From: an uncultured bacterium
GTDB taxonomy: Bacteria; Krumholzibacteriota; Krumholzibacteriia; Krumholzibacteriales; Krumholzibacteriaceae
Assembly: GCA_963786935.1 (NCBI GenBank)
Contig: CAWBAN010000002.1
Span: 224,001 to 288,000 of the forward strand
Direction: 5' to 3'
Length of the DNA stretch: 64,000 bases
The stretch's first letter is position 1. Each line of letters starts with the position of its first letter. The position numbers and the translations under genes are program-made. Below the pieces are notes generated by a model, which was not told where the DNA came from, ran no database searches, and saw nothing but the letters and a program-made list of their open reading frames with translations. Shown here piece by piece: positions 8,236 to 18,225 of this stretch.

Positions 8236-8712
8236 ATGATTGTCGTTATGCGATGCTGTTTGGTTATTACTCTTTTAATATTCCTCTATGCTGCGTGCGG
8301 CGATGACTCTCCGGTTAATACGAAGAAGCCCGAAGTATTCGAAGGGATACTGGTAGTGGAGCTGCCGGATTGTCATGTTGTTGGGGGCGATACGACTGAT
8401 TTTCAGCCCCGCCCGGAATCACACGACATGCTACCCACCAACTATTCTCTAAAATATGCATGTCCAAATCCGACGATCGGGGGGACGGCGATCTACTTCC
8501 AGATTCCTCAGCAAGATTCTGTTTGGCTGTTTGTTTACGACAAGCCGGGGGGCATGCCCATTGATACTCTCTATGCTGCCTCGGGGCCTGCCGGCGCCTA
8601 TTCGGTCAATTATGAGAACAAAGGTCCGCTGGGCATATACAGAGTGGTGATGCACGCGGCCGGCGGCTTTGAGTCCTATGGTGATGTCGAGTTCAGGGAT
8701 GAACTGCCATAG
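8236..8712 (+). CDS. Cassette A12: lipoprotein with FlgD/Ig-like C-terminal part
   Basis: YAAC lipobox; YACPNPT resembles the YPNPF motif. Confidence 0.75.
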   Translation: MIVVMRCCLVITLLIFLYAACGDDSPVNTKKPEVFEGILVVELPDCHVVGGDTTDFQPRPESHDMLPTNYSLKYACPNPTIGGTAIYFQIPQQDSVWLFVYDKPGGMPIDTLYAASGPAGAYSVNYENKGPLGIYRVVMHAAGGFESYGDVEFRDELP

Positions 8713-8715
8713 GCA

Positions 8716-8770
8716 ATCTAACTCCGCACACAGCTGGCGGCCGCTGCCGTACCTGATGCCGACGCTGGGT
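8716..8770 (+). repeat. Degenerate attC (internal deletion, core GTT changed to GCT)
   Basis: ATCTAAC and the left arm match the resident type; ends CTGATGCCGAC-GCTGGGT. Confidence 0.75.
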
Positions 8771-8810
8771 CGCAGATAGATCAGCGAAGGATTCTGGCCA
8801 ACCGTGTAGA

Positions 8811-9218
8811 ATGGAAGGGCTTCGACAGATGCATAACGGGGACAGGACTGTAGGCGCCAGGAACCACATTTTCGGATGGATGGGCACCATTCTTCTGCTC
8901 GGGATCCTTCCGATAAAACTTATCCGATTCGAGCATCGTGCATCGACGAGCTTCCTCATTGGAGTTGCCCCGAGCGCCCTGGGACCAGCCGGACTCCTGT
9001 TTCTGCTATTGTCAAGCCCCGGCCGGATTTCGCGATTCAGCCTTCTTCGGGTCACGCTGCTCGTGGCGGTACTCTCAATGGCACTGGAGTTCATGCAGCT
9101 TCTGTCTCGACCGGGAATGCTCGCGAACGCTCACTACACCTTTGATTACTACGATCTCGCTGCGACCGCTTTGAGCGTTATGATTGCATATTTTGTTGCT
9201 TTGGGCATTCTGAGATGA
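8811..9218 (+). CDS. Cassette A13: membrane protein, no recognisable attC after it
   Basis: Four hydrophobic segments. Confidence 0.7.
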   Translation: MEGLRQMHNGDRTVGARNHIFGWMGTILLLGILPIKLIRFEHRASTSFLIGVAPSALGPAGLLFLLLSSPGRISRFSLLRVTLLVAVLSMALEFMQLLSRPGMLANAHYTFDYYDLAATALSVMIAYFVALGILR

Positions 9219-9246
9219 CCGGCCCCCAATTATCCTTCTTCGCCCA

Positions 9247-11589
9247 TCAGAACGAAACGACCTGCACGATTGCGCGCAGGGTGAAGGTGCCGCGCAGGAC
9301 GCCTCCGGAGTAGGTTCCGCCGGCATACAGGCCGTCCCGCTCCTCGCCCGTGCAGCTGCCCCCGACGAAGACCCGGTAGATCGCACCGGGCGCCAGGTCT
9401 GGAGACGAGAGCAGGATGGCCGAGTAGTTGCGCGCAGGCCTGAAGGTCACGATGCTGCGGCCGCTCGTGTCATTGATGTGGATGAGGGCCCCGGCCGGGA
9501 TGGGCATGCTGGCGCACAGCAGCACCGACCGCTGCTGGGACGAATTGCCGGGCACTTCGACCGAGACAGAGTTCATCTGCGAAACCGCCAGGAAGCCGCC
9601 GGACGCGATGAAGGCCCCGTTGACATCCACGCCCGCCTCGGGCGGCGCGGGAGGCCCGTGGACGACGATCGTCCCGCCGCCGATCATGAGATCCCCGTTG
9701 CTGTCGATGGCGTCGCCGCCGAGAGCGTTCAGGTGGACGTAGCCGCCGTTGATGATCAGGTTGCTGCCGTCGTCGTACTCGGGGGCACCGCCGTAGGTGG
9801 CGTTCAAGCAGTCGTCGGAGGAGGTGATGTGGATCTCGCCTCCGTTGATGATGAGGTTCGGAGATTCGATTCCTTCATACGAGTTCGTGATGTCGATCAG
9901 ACCGCCGTTGATCTCGATCCAGCGCTTCGACTTGATCGCATCGTCCGCCGACGCGATGGTGAGTGTTCCTCCGTCGATGTCGATCAGGCTGTCGACGGAG
10001 ATGGCCTTCGCCTCGGCGTACTCTTCGCCGCCGATCGGGATGGGCGCTCCGGTCGTCGTGATGCGCAGAGTGGGCGAGAATCCCGCGGTGCCTATGGCGA
10101 GGTCGCCGTCTCCCGAGATCCCCTTGCCGCCGGAGCCCGAGTGCGAGAGGGTCACCGTGCCGCCGCTCAGCACCACGTCGCCGTCCGCATTCAAACAGGG
10201 ACCGTGGAACGCGTCCGGCTCGCCGTCCACGTTGATATAACCGCCGCCCCCGCCGCTGGAAGTGATGTTCAGGTCGCCTGACTGAATGACGATACGGCCG
10301 TCACTGGAGATGCCCCGGCCGGCCTGGCCGATGGTGGTGATGGTCAGGTGGCAGCCGTCCAGCAGCACCAGAGTATCCGCTTTGACCGCCGTACAATAGG
10401 AGGGATCGTAGCCGAGCCCCGAGGCCTCCAGGACCGCGCCGCCCGAGGTCTCGATGGTCGCCGTCCCGCCGGTGAGCCGGATGTTCGCCGCTTTGAGTCC
10501 CTTGGACTGGTCGCCCTCCACGGTGAGATCGATCTCGCCGCCCGAGATCTCGAGATCGCCGCTGCACTTGAGCGCGTCCCTGTCGTCGCCCGGGATGACG
10601 ACCGCGAGGGCGCCTCCCGTGATATCGACTGGGCCGTTGCCCGCGTCGACCCCGTCGTTCCCCGAGGCAACCGCGACGGATCCGCCGTGCTGGATGTAGC
10701 CCTCGTTGGTGTGGATGCCGTCCTTGGCCGCGCTCTCGATGACGACGCTGCCGCCGTCGACCACGATGGAGCCGTCGCTTCCCAATCCGTGCTGGCTCTT
10801 CCCCCGCCCGTGAACGAGAAGGCTGCCGGACCCGGTGAAGATCAGCGGCCCCTCGCTGAAGAAGGCCGCCTTCTGGTCTTCGCCGGCGGGCGGGGTCGCG
10901 TAGGTCGCGCCGTCGGTGAGCGCATTGGCGGTGCCGTCCGCGAGCTCCACCGTGATCTCCTCGCGGGCCTGGATGTTGATCGCGGGCCCGTTCAGGTTGG
11001 CGATCTGGACGCCGTTCAGTCGCAGCGCGAGCTCGCCGTCCGAGTAGATCTTGCACATGCCGTCCGTAGTGGTTCCGGTCAGCGAGCACGTGATGCCGTC
11101 GAGGCCGGCGGCGGATGTGATCGTCACGTCGGCGCCCGACACGTGGACTGCCACGCCGGCGTTTTCGAGCGGATTGTCCACGGTCGCTGCCGTCCCGTTG
11201 TAGGTGATGGAGACGACGTTCGCCGAGCTGTCGGAAAAGGTCATGCTGTCGACATCCGCCATGTCGAATCGGCTCGTGTCGCCCGCCGCGCCGTAGATTG
11301 TCATCAGCCCGCCGTCGTCGAAGCACATGCTGTCGATCCCGGTCACCTGGAACAGCCTGATCCCGTTCCGGGTGTGAATGCGCAGGATGTCTTTGGCGCC
11401 CTGAAGGCCGTCGCGCAGGGCGAAGCCCGCCGTCGTATCATGAACGCCGAACGTGACGCTGTCGATCTCGGCGACGTTGAACTGGTCCACATGGCCGCTC
11501 AGTCGGATGACTCTCATTTCCTGCGCTCGGACGCACACGGCCCCCGCAACGACGAACAGGATGATCATGGATATCTTCTTCATGGTCAT
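9247..11589 (-). CDS. Secreted DUF4353/Cthe_2159-like beta-helix (carbohydrate-binding) protein with three N-terminal short repeats
   Basis: Signal peptide; repeated DGI/DA.DSNG and I.GG motifs. Confidence 0.85.
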   Translation of the reverse strand: MTMKKISMIILFVVAGAVCVRAQEMRVIRLSGHVDQFNVAEIDSVTFGVHDTTAGFALRDGLQGAKDILRIHTRNGIRLFQVTGIDSMCFDDGGLMTIYGAAGDTSRFDMADVDSMTFSDSSANVVSITYNGTAATVDNPLENAGVAVHVSGADVTITSAAGLDGITCSLTGTTTDGMCKIYSDGELALRLNGVQIANLNGPAINIQAREEITVELADGTANALTDGATYATPPAGEDQKAAFFSEGPLIFTGSGSLLVHGRGKSQHGLGSDGSIVVDGGSVVIESAAKDGIHTNEGYIQHGGSVAVASGNDGVDAGNGPVDITGGALAVVIPGDDRDALKCSGDLEISGGEIDLTVEGDQSKGLKAANIRLTGGTATIETSGGAVLEASGLGYDPSYCTAVKADTLVLLDGCHLTITTIGQAGRGISSDGRIVIQSGDLNITSSGGGGGYINVDGEPDAFHGPCLNADGDVVLSGGTVTLSHSGSGGKGISGDGDLAIGTAGFSPTLRITTTGAPIPIGGEEYAEAKAISVDSLIDIDGGTLTIASADDAIKSKRWIEINGGLIDITNSYEGIESPNLIINGGEIHITSSDDCLNATYGGAPEYDDGSNLIINGGYVHLNALGGDAIDSNGDLMIGGGTIVVHGPPAPPEAGVDVNGAFIASGGFLAVSQMNSVSVEVPGNSSQQRSVLLCASMPIPAGALIHINDTSGRSIVTFRPARNYSAILLSSPDLAPGAIYRVFVGGSCTGEERDGLYAGGTYSGGVLRGTFTLRAIVQVVSF

Positions 11590-11596
11590 CCCTCGA

Positions 11597-12070
11597 TTAC
11601 TTGACCAGGATCAGCTTCTTGGAGAGGGTCGGTTTGCCGCATTTCACCGTATAGAAGTACACGCCGCTGGAGACTCGCGCGCGCGTGCCGTCCATGCCGT
11701 CCCACGTCACCCGATGCCGCCCCGCCGCCTGGGTCTCGTGCAGCAGCTCCCTGATCAGCGCGCCTTTCAAGTTGTAGACGCGGACCGTGACATCGGCCCT
11801 ATCCGAGGTCTCGTATTCGATGATGGTCGAAGGATTGAAGGGATTCGGGTAGTTCTGCAGCAACTGGAAGACAAACGGCGCGCGCGGCGGAATATCGGGA
11901 TCCGGATCGTTTATTCCGGTTGTGTTCGCAAACTCGATGCGTCGGATGTCGTCGTGAGGGATGGTGAGCGTTTGTCCGTTCCTGAGATGTATGGTCATGT
12001 CATAGCTCCGGCCGAAAGCGCTCGCGCTCAGCAGGAGCAGGATACCCATGGGTAACGCAATACTTCTCAT
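11597..12070 (-). CDS. Small secreted protein with FlgD-Ig/T9SS type A-like C-terminal domain
   Basis: QNYPNPFNPST, WDG, SSGVYFY. Confidence 0.9.
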   Translation of the reverse strand: MRSIALPMGILLLLSASAFGRSYDMTIHLRNGQTLTIPHDDIRRIEFANTTGINDPDPDIPPRAPFVFQLLQNYPNPFNPSTIIEYETSDRADVTVRVYNLKGALIRELLHETQAAGRHRVTWDGMDGTRARVSSGVYFYTVKCGKPTLSKKLILVK

Positions 12071-12298
12071 GGCTTTCTCCGTCCTTTATCGGCGCGATGG
12101 AGGGGGCCGCGATCCCGGTTTACTCCTATACGCGCCAAGCTCGTCACGACCGCGGATTACAGGAGAAATGTTGCTCGGTCGGACGCCTGATGATACTATA
12201 AGCGGCGAGTCATCTACACGGATAAATTTGTCGTGCGGTCGCTCGACGTGCGTGCGGCACGCGTGGCGCGTCGGGCGATCGAACCCGGGAGGGTCGGC

Positions 12299-12961
12299 AT
12301 GGCAAGCATGGGATGGAGCGATAGTCTGCGGACGATCTTCTCTTTCTTTCTGGGTCTGATGCTGGCCGCGTTTGTCGGAGTGGGCGTATATACTTTTCAC
12401 GCACCTCCCGAGCAGGTCGATAGTCAGATCCGAGACCTCGCCCGCCGGGAGCAAGCGATCAGAGACTCGAAGCCGCCAAATGAGCTGGAGGCTTCAGATC
12501 GGGATAATATCCGGGAGCTCGATCGGCAGCGGAATGATTTAAGGGACGCGGCGGACAAAGCGCGCAAACCGTGGGTCCAAAGCACGAGCATCATACTTAT
12601 GGTGTTCGCCACACTCATCATGGCCGTCTCGCTCGTGCGCCCCGGTCAACTTCCCGTGATCAGCAACGGCCTTCTGCTGGGCGGCATCTTCACGATGCTG
12701 TACGGTGTCGGGTGGATCGTCGCCTCAGACAAATCAGTCACCAGGTTTCTGGTCATGACCGCCGGACTCCTGACCACGCTGGGGCTTGGCTATCTCCGAT
12801 TCGTCCGCCGCGGCGCGGCCTCGCCAGTCGCTGCCGGATCGGGAATCCAAGACGAAAAGGGATTCGCGGACGTCGAGCGCCGCGTCCGAGTTCTCGAAGA
12901 GGCGATGAACGAAGCCGCGCACGCGCTTGGGCGCAGGCGCGATGATTCGGGCCAGTCCTGA
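12299..12961 (+). CDS. Membrane protein with coiled-coil segment
   Basis: Hydrophobic segments; GGAGG RBS. Confidence 0.75.
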   Translation: MASMGWSDSLRTIFSFFLGLMLAAFVGVGVYTFHAPPEQVDSQIRDLARREQAIRDSKPPNELEASDRDNIRELDRQRNDLRDAADKARKPWVQSTSIILMVFATLIMAVSLVRPGQLPVISNGLLLGGIFTMLYGVGWIVASDKSVTRFLVMTAGLLTTLGLGYLRFVRRGAASPVAAGSGIQDEKGFADVERRVRVLEEAMNEAAHALGRRRDDSGQS

Positions 12962-12977
12962 ACAGGGAGACGCTGCG

Positions 12978-13766
12978 ATGTCCACGCGGCAGACCGTCCT
13001 TCTCGTCGGCGGCACCGGACGCACCGGCCGGCGCGTCTTGAAGCAGCTTCTGGCCCGCGGCGTCGGTGTCCGCGTCATCGCGCGGTCCGCCGCGAAGCTC
13101 CCGGCGGATGTCGCGGACGATCCTAACCTGACGGTGGTCGAGGGCGACCTCCTGTCTCTCGGCGATGACGATCTCCTGCGCCACCTCCGCGGCTGCGATG
13201 CCGTCATCTCGTGCCTTGGTCACGTTCCCGACTTGAGGGGCATCTTCGGGCCGCCGCGCGACCTCGTCACGCGGGCCACGACGAGGCTGTGCCGGGCGAT
13301 CGAGGCGCTGCAGCCCGCAAAGCCGGTCAAGTTCATTCTCATGAGCAGCGTCTCGGTGAATCGCCCCGGGGGCCTCGACACGCGTCGCGGAACGTTCGAA
13401 AAGGCGGTCATGTGGATTCTCCGCGGGCTCGTGCCTCCGGCCAAGGACAACCAACGAGCGGCGGATTTCCTCTCTCGCGAAGTCGGGATGAGCGATACGT
13501 TCGTGCAGTGGGCGGCGGTCCGCCCGGACATACTTCGGGAGGGCGACGTTTCGGATTACTCGCTGCACGAGGGCCTGGTGAGCAGTCTCTTTGCGCCGGA
13601 CAGCACCAACATGGCCAATGTCGCGCACTTCATGTGTGAGTTGACAACAAACTCGAAGACGTGGGACGATTGGAAAGGAAGGCTGCCCGTAATCATCAAC
13701 CATGGGAGCGCGCCCGACGGAGAGGCCGGCGCGCCCGCAGATAGCGCCGGCGTCAGGGTGAAATAG
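12978..13766 (+). CDS. NAD(P)-binding (atypical SDR) oxidoreductase
   Basis: VGGTGRTG Rossmann motif. Confidence 0.9.
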   Translation: MSTRQTVLLVGGTGRTGRRVLKQLLARGVGVRVIARSAAKLPADVADDPNLTVVEGDLLSLGDDDLLRHLRGCDAVISCLGHVPDLRGIFGPPRDLVTRATTRLCRAIEALQPAKPVKFILMSSVSVNRPGGLDTRRGTFEKAVMWILRGLVPPAKDNQRAADFLSREVGMSDTFVQWAAVRPDILREGDVSDYSLHEGLVSSLFAPDSTNMANVAHFMCELTTNSKTWDDWKGRLPVIINHGSAPDGEAGAPADSAGVRVK

Positions 13767-13767
13767 C

Positions 13768-14589
13768 ATGAAACAGATGATCATGTGCGCCTGCCTTATC
13801 CTGGGATTGCTCGGGTGCGACAGCAGTACGGACGAGGATACAGATGAGTCGCCGACGGTGGTCTTCACCGAGGAACAGCGAGTGCTGGCGGATCAGATCG
13901 TCAGCGTTTTCGAAAACGACACGCCGGTGATCGACTATGCCTATGCGGAGAACCTCGATGACGGCCGCGGCATCACGGCCGGCCGGGCCGGATTTACCTC
14001 GGCGACGGGCGACATGCTGCTGGTGGTCGAGCGATACACGCAGCTCGTTCCCGGCAATCCGTTATCCGGATATTTGCCGCGCCTCCGGGCACTCGCGGCC
14101 GCGGAGAGCGATTCCACGCAGGGGCTGGAGAATTTGGAGGATGCGTGGCGAACGGCCGCCGAGGATTCGATCTTTCGAGAGGTTCAGGACGAAATTGTGG
14201 ACGAAGAATACTATTGGCCGGCCGTGGAACATGCGGAAGAGCTGGGGCTATCCCTTCCGCTGAGCCTGTTGAACCTTTATGACACCTGTATCCAGCATGG
14301 CGACGGCGACGATCCGGATGGGCTGCCGGCGATTATCAGCCGGTCGACCGCGCACGTTGAGGGGACGCCGGCCGACGGCGTCGATGAACGCGAATGGCTG
14401 CGGGCATTCATGAACATCCGCAGGTCGGTGCTCCTGAACGCTACCGATCCGGACACGCGCGAAGAGTGGGCCGAGTCGGTTGGGCGAGCCGATGCGCTGA
14501 TCGCCATATTTCAGAGCGGGAATATGAATTTGGTGCCGCCCATCACGATCGCTCCATATGATACGTCTTTCACGCTCCCTCAGCCGTAG
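13768..14589 (+). CDS. GH46 chitosanase-like lipoprotein
   Basis: LLGC lipobox; FEN...YAENLDDGRGITAGRAGFTS. Confidence 0.88.
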   Translation: MKQMIMCACLILGLLGCDSSTDEDTDESPTVVFTEEQRVLADQIVSVFENDTPVIDYAYAENLDDGRGITAGRAGFTSATGDMLLVVERYTQLVPGNPLSGYLPRLRALAAAESDSTQGLENLEDAWRTAAEDSIFREVQDEIVDEEYYWPAVEHAEELGLSLPLSLLNLYDTCIQHGDGDDPDGLPAIISRSTAHVEGTPADGVDEREWLRAFMNIRRSVLLNATDPDTREEWAESVGRADALIAIFQSGNMNLVPPITIAPYDTSFTLPQP

Positions 14590-14601
14590 GAGAAGAGAGC
14601 C

Positions 14602-15162
14602 ATGATTGAGTCGCTGTTTGTTACGGTATGGCCGGCAGGGTTTCTGATCGTGTTGTTCGGCGGCGGGGCGCTCTTCCGGCGCAAGAATATCGATATGGAC
14701 GGCGATCCGCCGATCAATAAAACGCTCTTCGTAAGCAGCAAGTATGCGATTGTCCTGCTGTGGGCCGCGATGGTGGCGCAGAGCTGGGGCGCCAACCTGT
14801 CCTTGGCGAAGGCCCCCGGGCTCTTGAAATGGATCGCGTTGTGCCTCTGGGTGTCGGGTTTCGCGCTGCTGTTCGCCGGACGATTCGGACTTGGAGGGGC
14901 CTTTCGGATAGGCTCTCCCAAGGAGCGCACGAATCTGACCGTCGATGGATTGTTCCGATTCAGCAGGAATCCGATGTACCTGGGTGTGTATAAGACGTTG
15001 CTCGCGTCAGCGCTGTACACGCTGAATCCCTTCGTGTTCGTCCTGGGGATATTCGTGGTTGCCGTTCACCACAGGATCGTGCTGGCGGAAGAGCGGTATT
15101 TGCGAACGATCTATGGCGAACAGTATGCGGAGTATTGCCGCCGTGTGAGGCGGTATCTCTGA
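14602..15162 (+). CDS. Isoprenylcysteine carboxyl methyltransferase family membrane protein
   Basis: [18 protein letters not shown]...Y.EYCRRVRR. Confidence 0.9.
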   Translation: MIESLFVTVWPAGFLIVLFGGGALFRRKNIDMDGDPPINKTLFVSSKYAIVLLWAAMVAQSWGANLSLAKAPGLLKWIALCLWVSGFALLFAGRFGLGGAFRIGSPKERTNLTVDGLFRFSRNPMYLGVYKTLLASALYTLNPFVFVLGIFVVAVHHRIVLAEERYLRTIYGEQYAEYCRRVRRYL

Positions 15163-15212
15163 GCATCATCGGAGATCGGGCTGCGGGCCACGCAATCCGT
15201 ATTCAACGCGAT

Positions 15213-15722
15213 ATGACGATCATTCGAGCAATGAAAGCGGACATCACGACCCTGGCCGTGGATGCTATCGTGAACGCCGCGAATACGACTCTGCTGGGCG
15301 GCGGCGGAGTCGACGGCGCCATTCATCGCGCGGCGGGAAGGGAACTCTATGACGAGTGCCGCGCCCTGCATGGCTGCGCGACGGGCGATGCCAAGCTGAC
15401 GCGGGGGTACAGGCTTCCCGCGAAGTTCGTCATTCATACGGCAGGCCCGGTGTGGGGCGGAGGGGATGATGGGGAGCCTCAGTTATTGGCTTCCTGCTAC
15501 CGTCGCTCGCTCGAGACAGCCAAGGCGCATGGGCTAAAGTCCATTGCGTTTCCCTGTATCAGCACGGGCATCTACGGATATCCGCCGGATGAAGCGGCAC
15601 GGATCGCCATACAAGCCGTCCGGGATTTCGTTCGGGATGATCCTTCGCTTGATGAAATCATATTCTGCTGCTATTCTGACGCGGATTTGCGGATCTATGC
15701 GCATTTCTTGCCGAAGCGATGA
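15213..15722 (+). CDS. Macro domain protein (O-acetyl-ADP-ribose deacetylase family)
   Basis: [26 protein letters not shown]. Confidence 0.95.
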   Translation: MTIIRAMKADITTLAVDAIVNAANTTLLGGGGVDGAIHRAAGRELYDECRALHGCATGDAKLTRGYRLPAKFVIHTAGPVWGGGDDGEPQLLASCYRRSLETAKAHGLKSIAFPCISTGIYGYPPDEAARIAIQAVRDFVRDDPSLDEIIFCCYSDADLRIYAHFLPKR

Positions 15723-15754
15723 ACAGCTGCCCGACGAGCGATGAGGAGGCTGCA

Positions 15755-16126
15755 ATGAGTTTTGTCGGCAACATATTATGGGTTCTTCTCGGAGGCGGGA
15801 TAATCCTCTTTCTGGAGTATCTCTTCGGGGGCATTGTCCTGTGCCTCACCGTGCTCGGCATCCCGTTCGGCGTTCAGTGTTTCAAGCTCTCGTTCCTGGC
15901 GCTGTTTCCGTTCGGCAAGGAGATAAGGACGACGAAAGGGGGGCACGGGGTCCTCTCGACGCTCATGAACGTGATCTGGATCGTCTTCGCGGGGCTCGCG
16001 ATATCGGCGACTCATGTCATCTTCGGATTGCTCTGCGCGGTGACCATCATCGGGCTCCCGTTCGCGAAGCAGCACATGAAGCTGGCGTCACTCGCCCTGA
16101 CGCCTTTCGGGCACACATACGATTAG
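15755..16126 (+). CDS. YccF domain membrane protein
   Basis: Two repeats of GIPFG/GLPFA...LAL.PFG. Confidence 0.9.
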   Translation: MSFVGNILWVLLGGGIILFLEYLFGGIVLCLTVLGIPFGVQCFKLSFLALFPFGKEIRTTKGGHGVLSTLMNVIWIVFAGLAISATHVIFGLLCAVTIIGLPFAKQHMKLASLALTPFGHTYD

Positions 16127-16156
16127 GGGATGGACATCCGCCAAAGGAGGGTTCGA

Positions 16157-16345
16157 ATGGGCGAGAAAGCGTGCGCGCACTGCGGCCTGCGGGCCAGGCA
16201 TGACAAGAATCCCAAATCGTTCATCGGGAGGCTCTGGCGCTGGCATATCAACTTCTGCCCCGGCTGGAAGAGCTATTTCACCGCTCTGCCGGCGGAGGAA
16301 AAGGCCAAGGTCGCCGAGCAGTATGATTTCAGGAAATATCGATGA
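16157..16345 (+). CDS. Small Cys-containing hypothetical protein
   Basis: AAGGAGG RBS; CAHC...WRWHINFCPGW. Confidence 0.75.
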   Translation: MGEKACAHCGLRARHDKNPKSFIGRLWRWHINFCPGWKSYFTALPAEEKAKVAEQYDFRKYR

Positions 16346-17430
16346 GTCGTCGCGCGGTTCTTGCGCTCGGGCTCGCGTTGCTGCTTGAAATGCCGGGCTG
16401 CGGCGGCGACGAGACCCCTGTAGCGCCGGCCCCCGAGCTCGAGACCCGCGGAACTCCGTTCGTTCTTTACCTGTCTCCCCTCGGCGCGGACAGCCTGAGC
16501 GGGCTCACCCCCGACGAAGCGCTTCTGACGCTCGCCGGCGCGCAAACGAGGCTCAGACAGTACAAGCCCGTCATCGATCAGGATGTCGAGATCCGGATCC
16601 GGTTCGTCGCGGCGACGCCGTATCTCGGACAGACGGTGGACTGGACGCACGTATCCCCGGATCACACGATCAGCTTCCTGCCGGAGGATTATCGCACCAT
16701 AGGCACGATCGGCGTCACGGCCGGTCGCCCGGTATTCGATGGGCAGGGGGCCGACGATTGGTTCTTCGATCTGCATTACCCGGAAATCGGGGAAACCGGC
16801 AGCCGCACGAACGTGCGCTTCTATTACCTGAGCATTCAGGGCTATGTGCCTGGCGCGATTCGATTCCGCGGCGAATGGAACGGCGGATCCGGCGGGAGCG
16901 GTTGGAACGGCTGCAACGTCGTATTCGGCTGCTACTTCTACCGGCTGGGCAACCTGCACTTCGCGAGCGATTCCCTGGGCTACGGCGCGCTCGATCTCGT
17001 GAATTCCGATAGCAACGTCATCGCGAACAACCGGTTCGATTACATCGAGAACGGGGGCGAAGACGGCGCGCTTCTCCATGCCGTCTACCTCGCGCACAAC
17101 AGCGAGCACAACAAAATCGCCGGCAACAGCTTCGCGTACGTGAGCGGCGATCCCATCCGGGTTCGCGACTGCAGCAATTACAACGCGGTCATCGGCAATT
17201 CGTTTCGACGCGCCGGAAATCTCGCGTACATGAGCGACTGGTATGCGGAAGGAGAGTGCCGCTCATGGGAGAACGAGTTCCGCGACAACGCTTCGTTGGG
17301 CTTCGGCTACTCGGGACGGCGCCTCGAATACGGCTGGCTGCTGTTCGACAATTATGATGAGGGATCGAATTGCCCGATCGGCGGGCGCCGGTTCTACTCG
17401 AGCGGCAACGATTGGTTCATGAGGCCGTAG
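16342..17430 (+). CDS. Putative lipoprotein with right-handed beta-helix repeats
   Basis: Lipobox-like PGC; N.I..N.F repeats. Confidence 0.75.
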   Translation: MSRRAVLALGLALLLEMPGCGGDETPVAPAPELETRGTPFVLYLSPLGADSLSGLTPDEALLTLAGAQTRLRQYKPVIDQDVEIRIRFVAATPYLGQTVDWTHVSPDHTISFLPEDYRTIGTIGVTAGRPVFDGQGADDWFFDLHYPEIGETGSRTNVRFYYLSIQGYVPGAIRFRGEWNGGSGGSGWNGCNVVFGCYFYRLGNLHFASDSLGYGALDLVNSDSNVIANNRFDYIENGGEDGALLHAVYLAHNSEHNKIAGNSFAYVSGDPIRVRDCSNYNAVIGNSFRRAGNLAYMSDWYAEGECRSWENEFRDNASLGFGYSGRRLEYGWLLFDNYDEGSNCPIGGRRFYSSGNDWFMRP

Positions 17431-17554
17431 CATATGCGTGCACCGTAACGATGATTCGCGCCGCGGATTTGTGGCGCCGGCCGCACAATTGTGCTAGAAT
17501 ACGGTTCATCCCGCAGAACAGCTGCTTTGTTGCAGTGGCGAAAGAGAGGGCGAA

Positions 17555-18202
17555 ATGCGTTGCGGAACGTTCGTTGTGCTCGTGCTGATTTTGATGGTCT
17601 GCGGATGCGCGACGTATGAAGATCGGGCGACCGTCACGCCGGTCGAGGGCGTCGATCGGCTTCCCACGAAGATAGCGGTGTACCCGCTGCTCACCGCGGA
17701 GACGGTGCAGTCGATCGAGCGGCCGCGCTACTATCCGGCGACGACCGCCGCGGCGGACGATCGATTGTATATCGTGGCGCCGGCGGAAACGAAGCTCGTG
17801 TCGACGATGCACAGCCAGCTCCTGACGGGGATGCTTGCGGCGCAGCTGTCCAAGCGGGGATTCACGCTGAAAGAGCTGCCGGTCGAGGTCCCCGCGGATC
17901 AATCCGAGAACGAGAAAACCAGCTTCTTCGTCAGCCTTGAAACCCTGAGGCGTCTTCGGGAAGACTACGGGCTCGAGGGGATTCTCGTCGGCAACGTATA
18001 CTTTGTCGCCGACGACCGGGATCGATCGGTCATCCGGGTGAAGGCCGTATACCTGCGGCTCGTGGATACCGGCACGCTCGACGTGCTGTGTCATGTGTGG
18101 ATTCCCGACAGCTACGCGGGAGAATCCATGGAAGAGGCGGCGCAGAGCCTCGCGTTTTCGCTCGCGCGGGAGGCGAAGCTCGTTTCGGCGCAATCGGAAT
18201 GA
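17555..18202 (+). CDS. Hypothetical lipoprotein
   Basis: VCGC lipobox, intact ORF. Confidence 0.75.
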   Translation: MRCGTFVVLVLILMVCGCATYEDRATVTPVEGVDRLPTKIAVYPLLTAETVQSIERPRYYPATTAAADDRLYIVAPAETKLVSTMHSQLLTGMLAAQLSKRGFTLKELPVEVPADQSENEKTSFFVSLETLRRLREDYGLEGILVGNVYFVADDRDRSVIRVKAVYLRLVDTGTLDVLCHVWIPDSYAGESMEEAAQSLAFSLAREAKLVSAQSE

Positions 18203-18225
18203 TCAGGATGCATTGAGCCCGGCGG

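Larger units (their letters stand above)
785..9230 (+). mobile_element. Integron gene cassette array A (~13 cassettes)
   Basis: 12 attC sites alternate with single ORFs or TA pairs; GC visibly lower than the flanking backbone. Confidence 0.95.
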
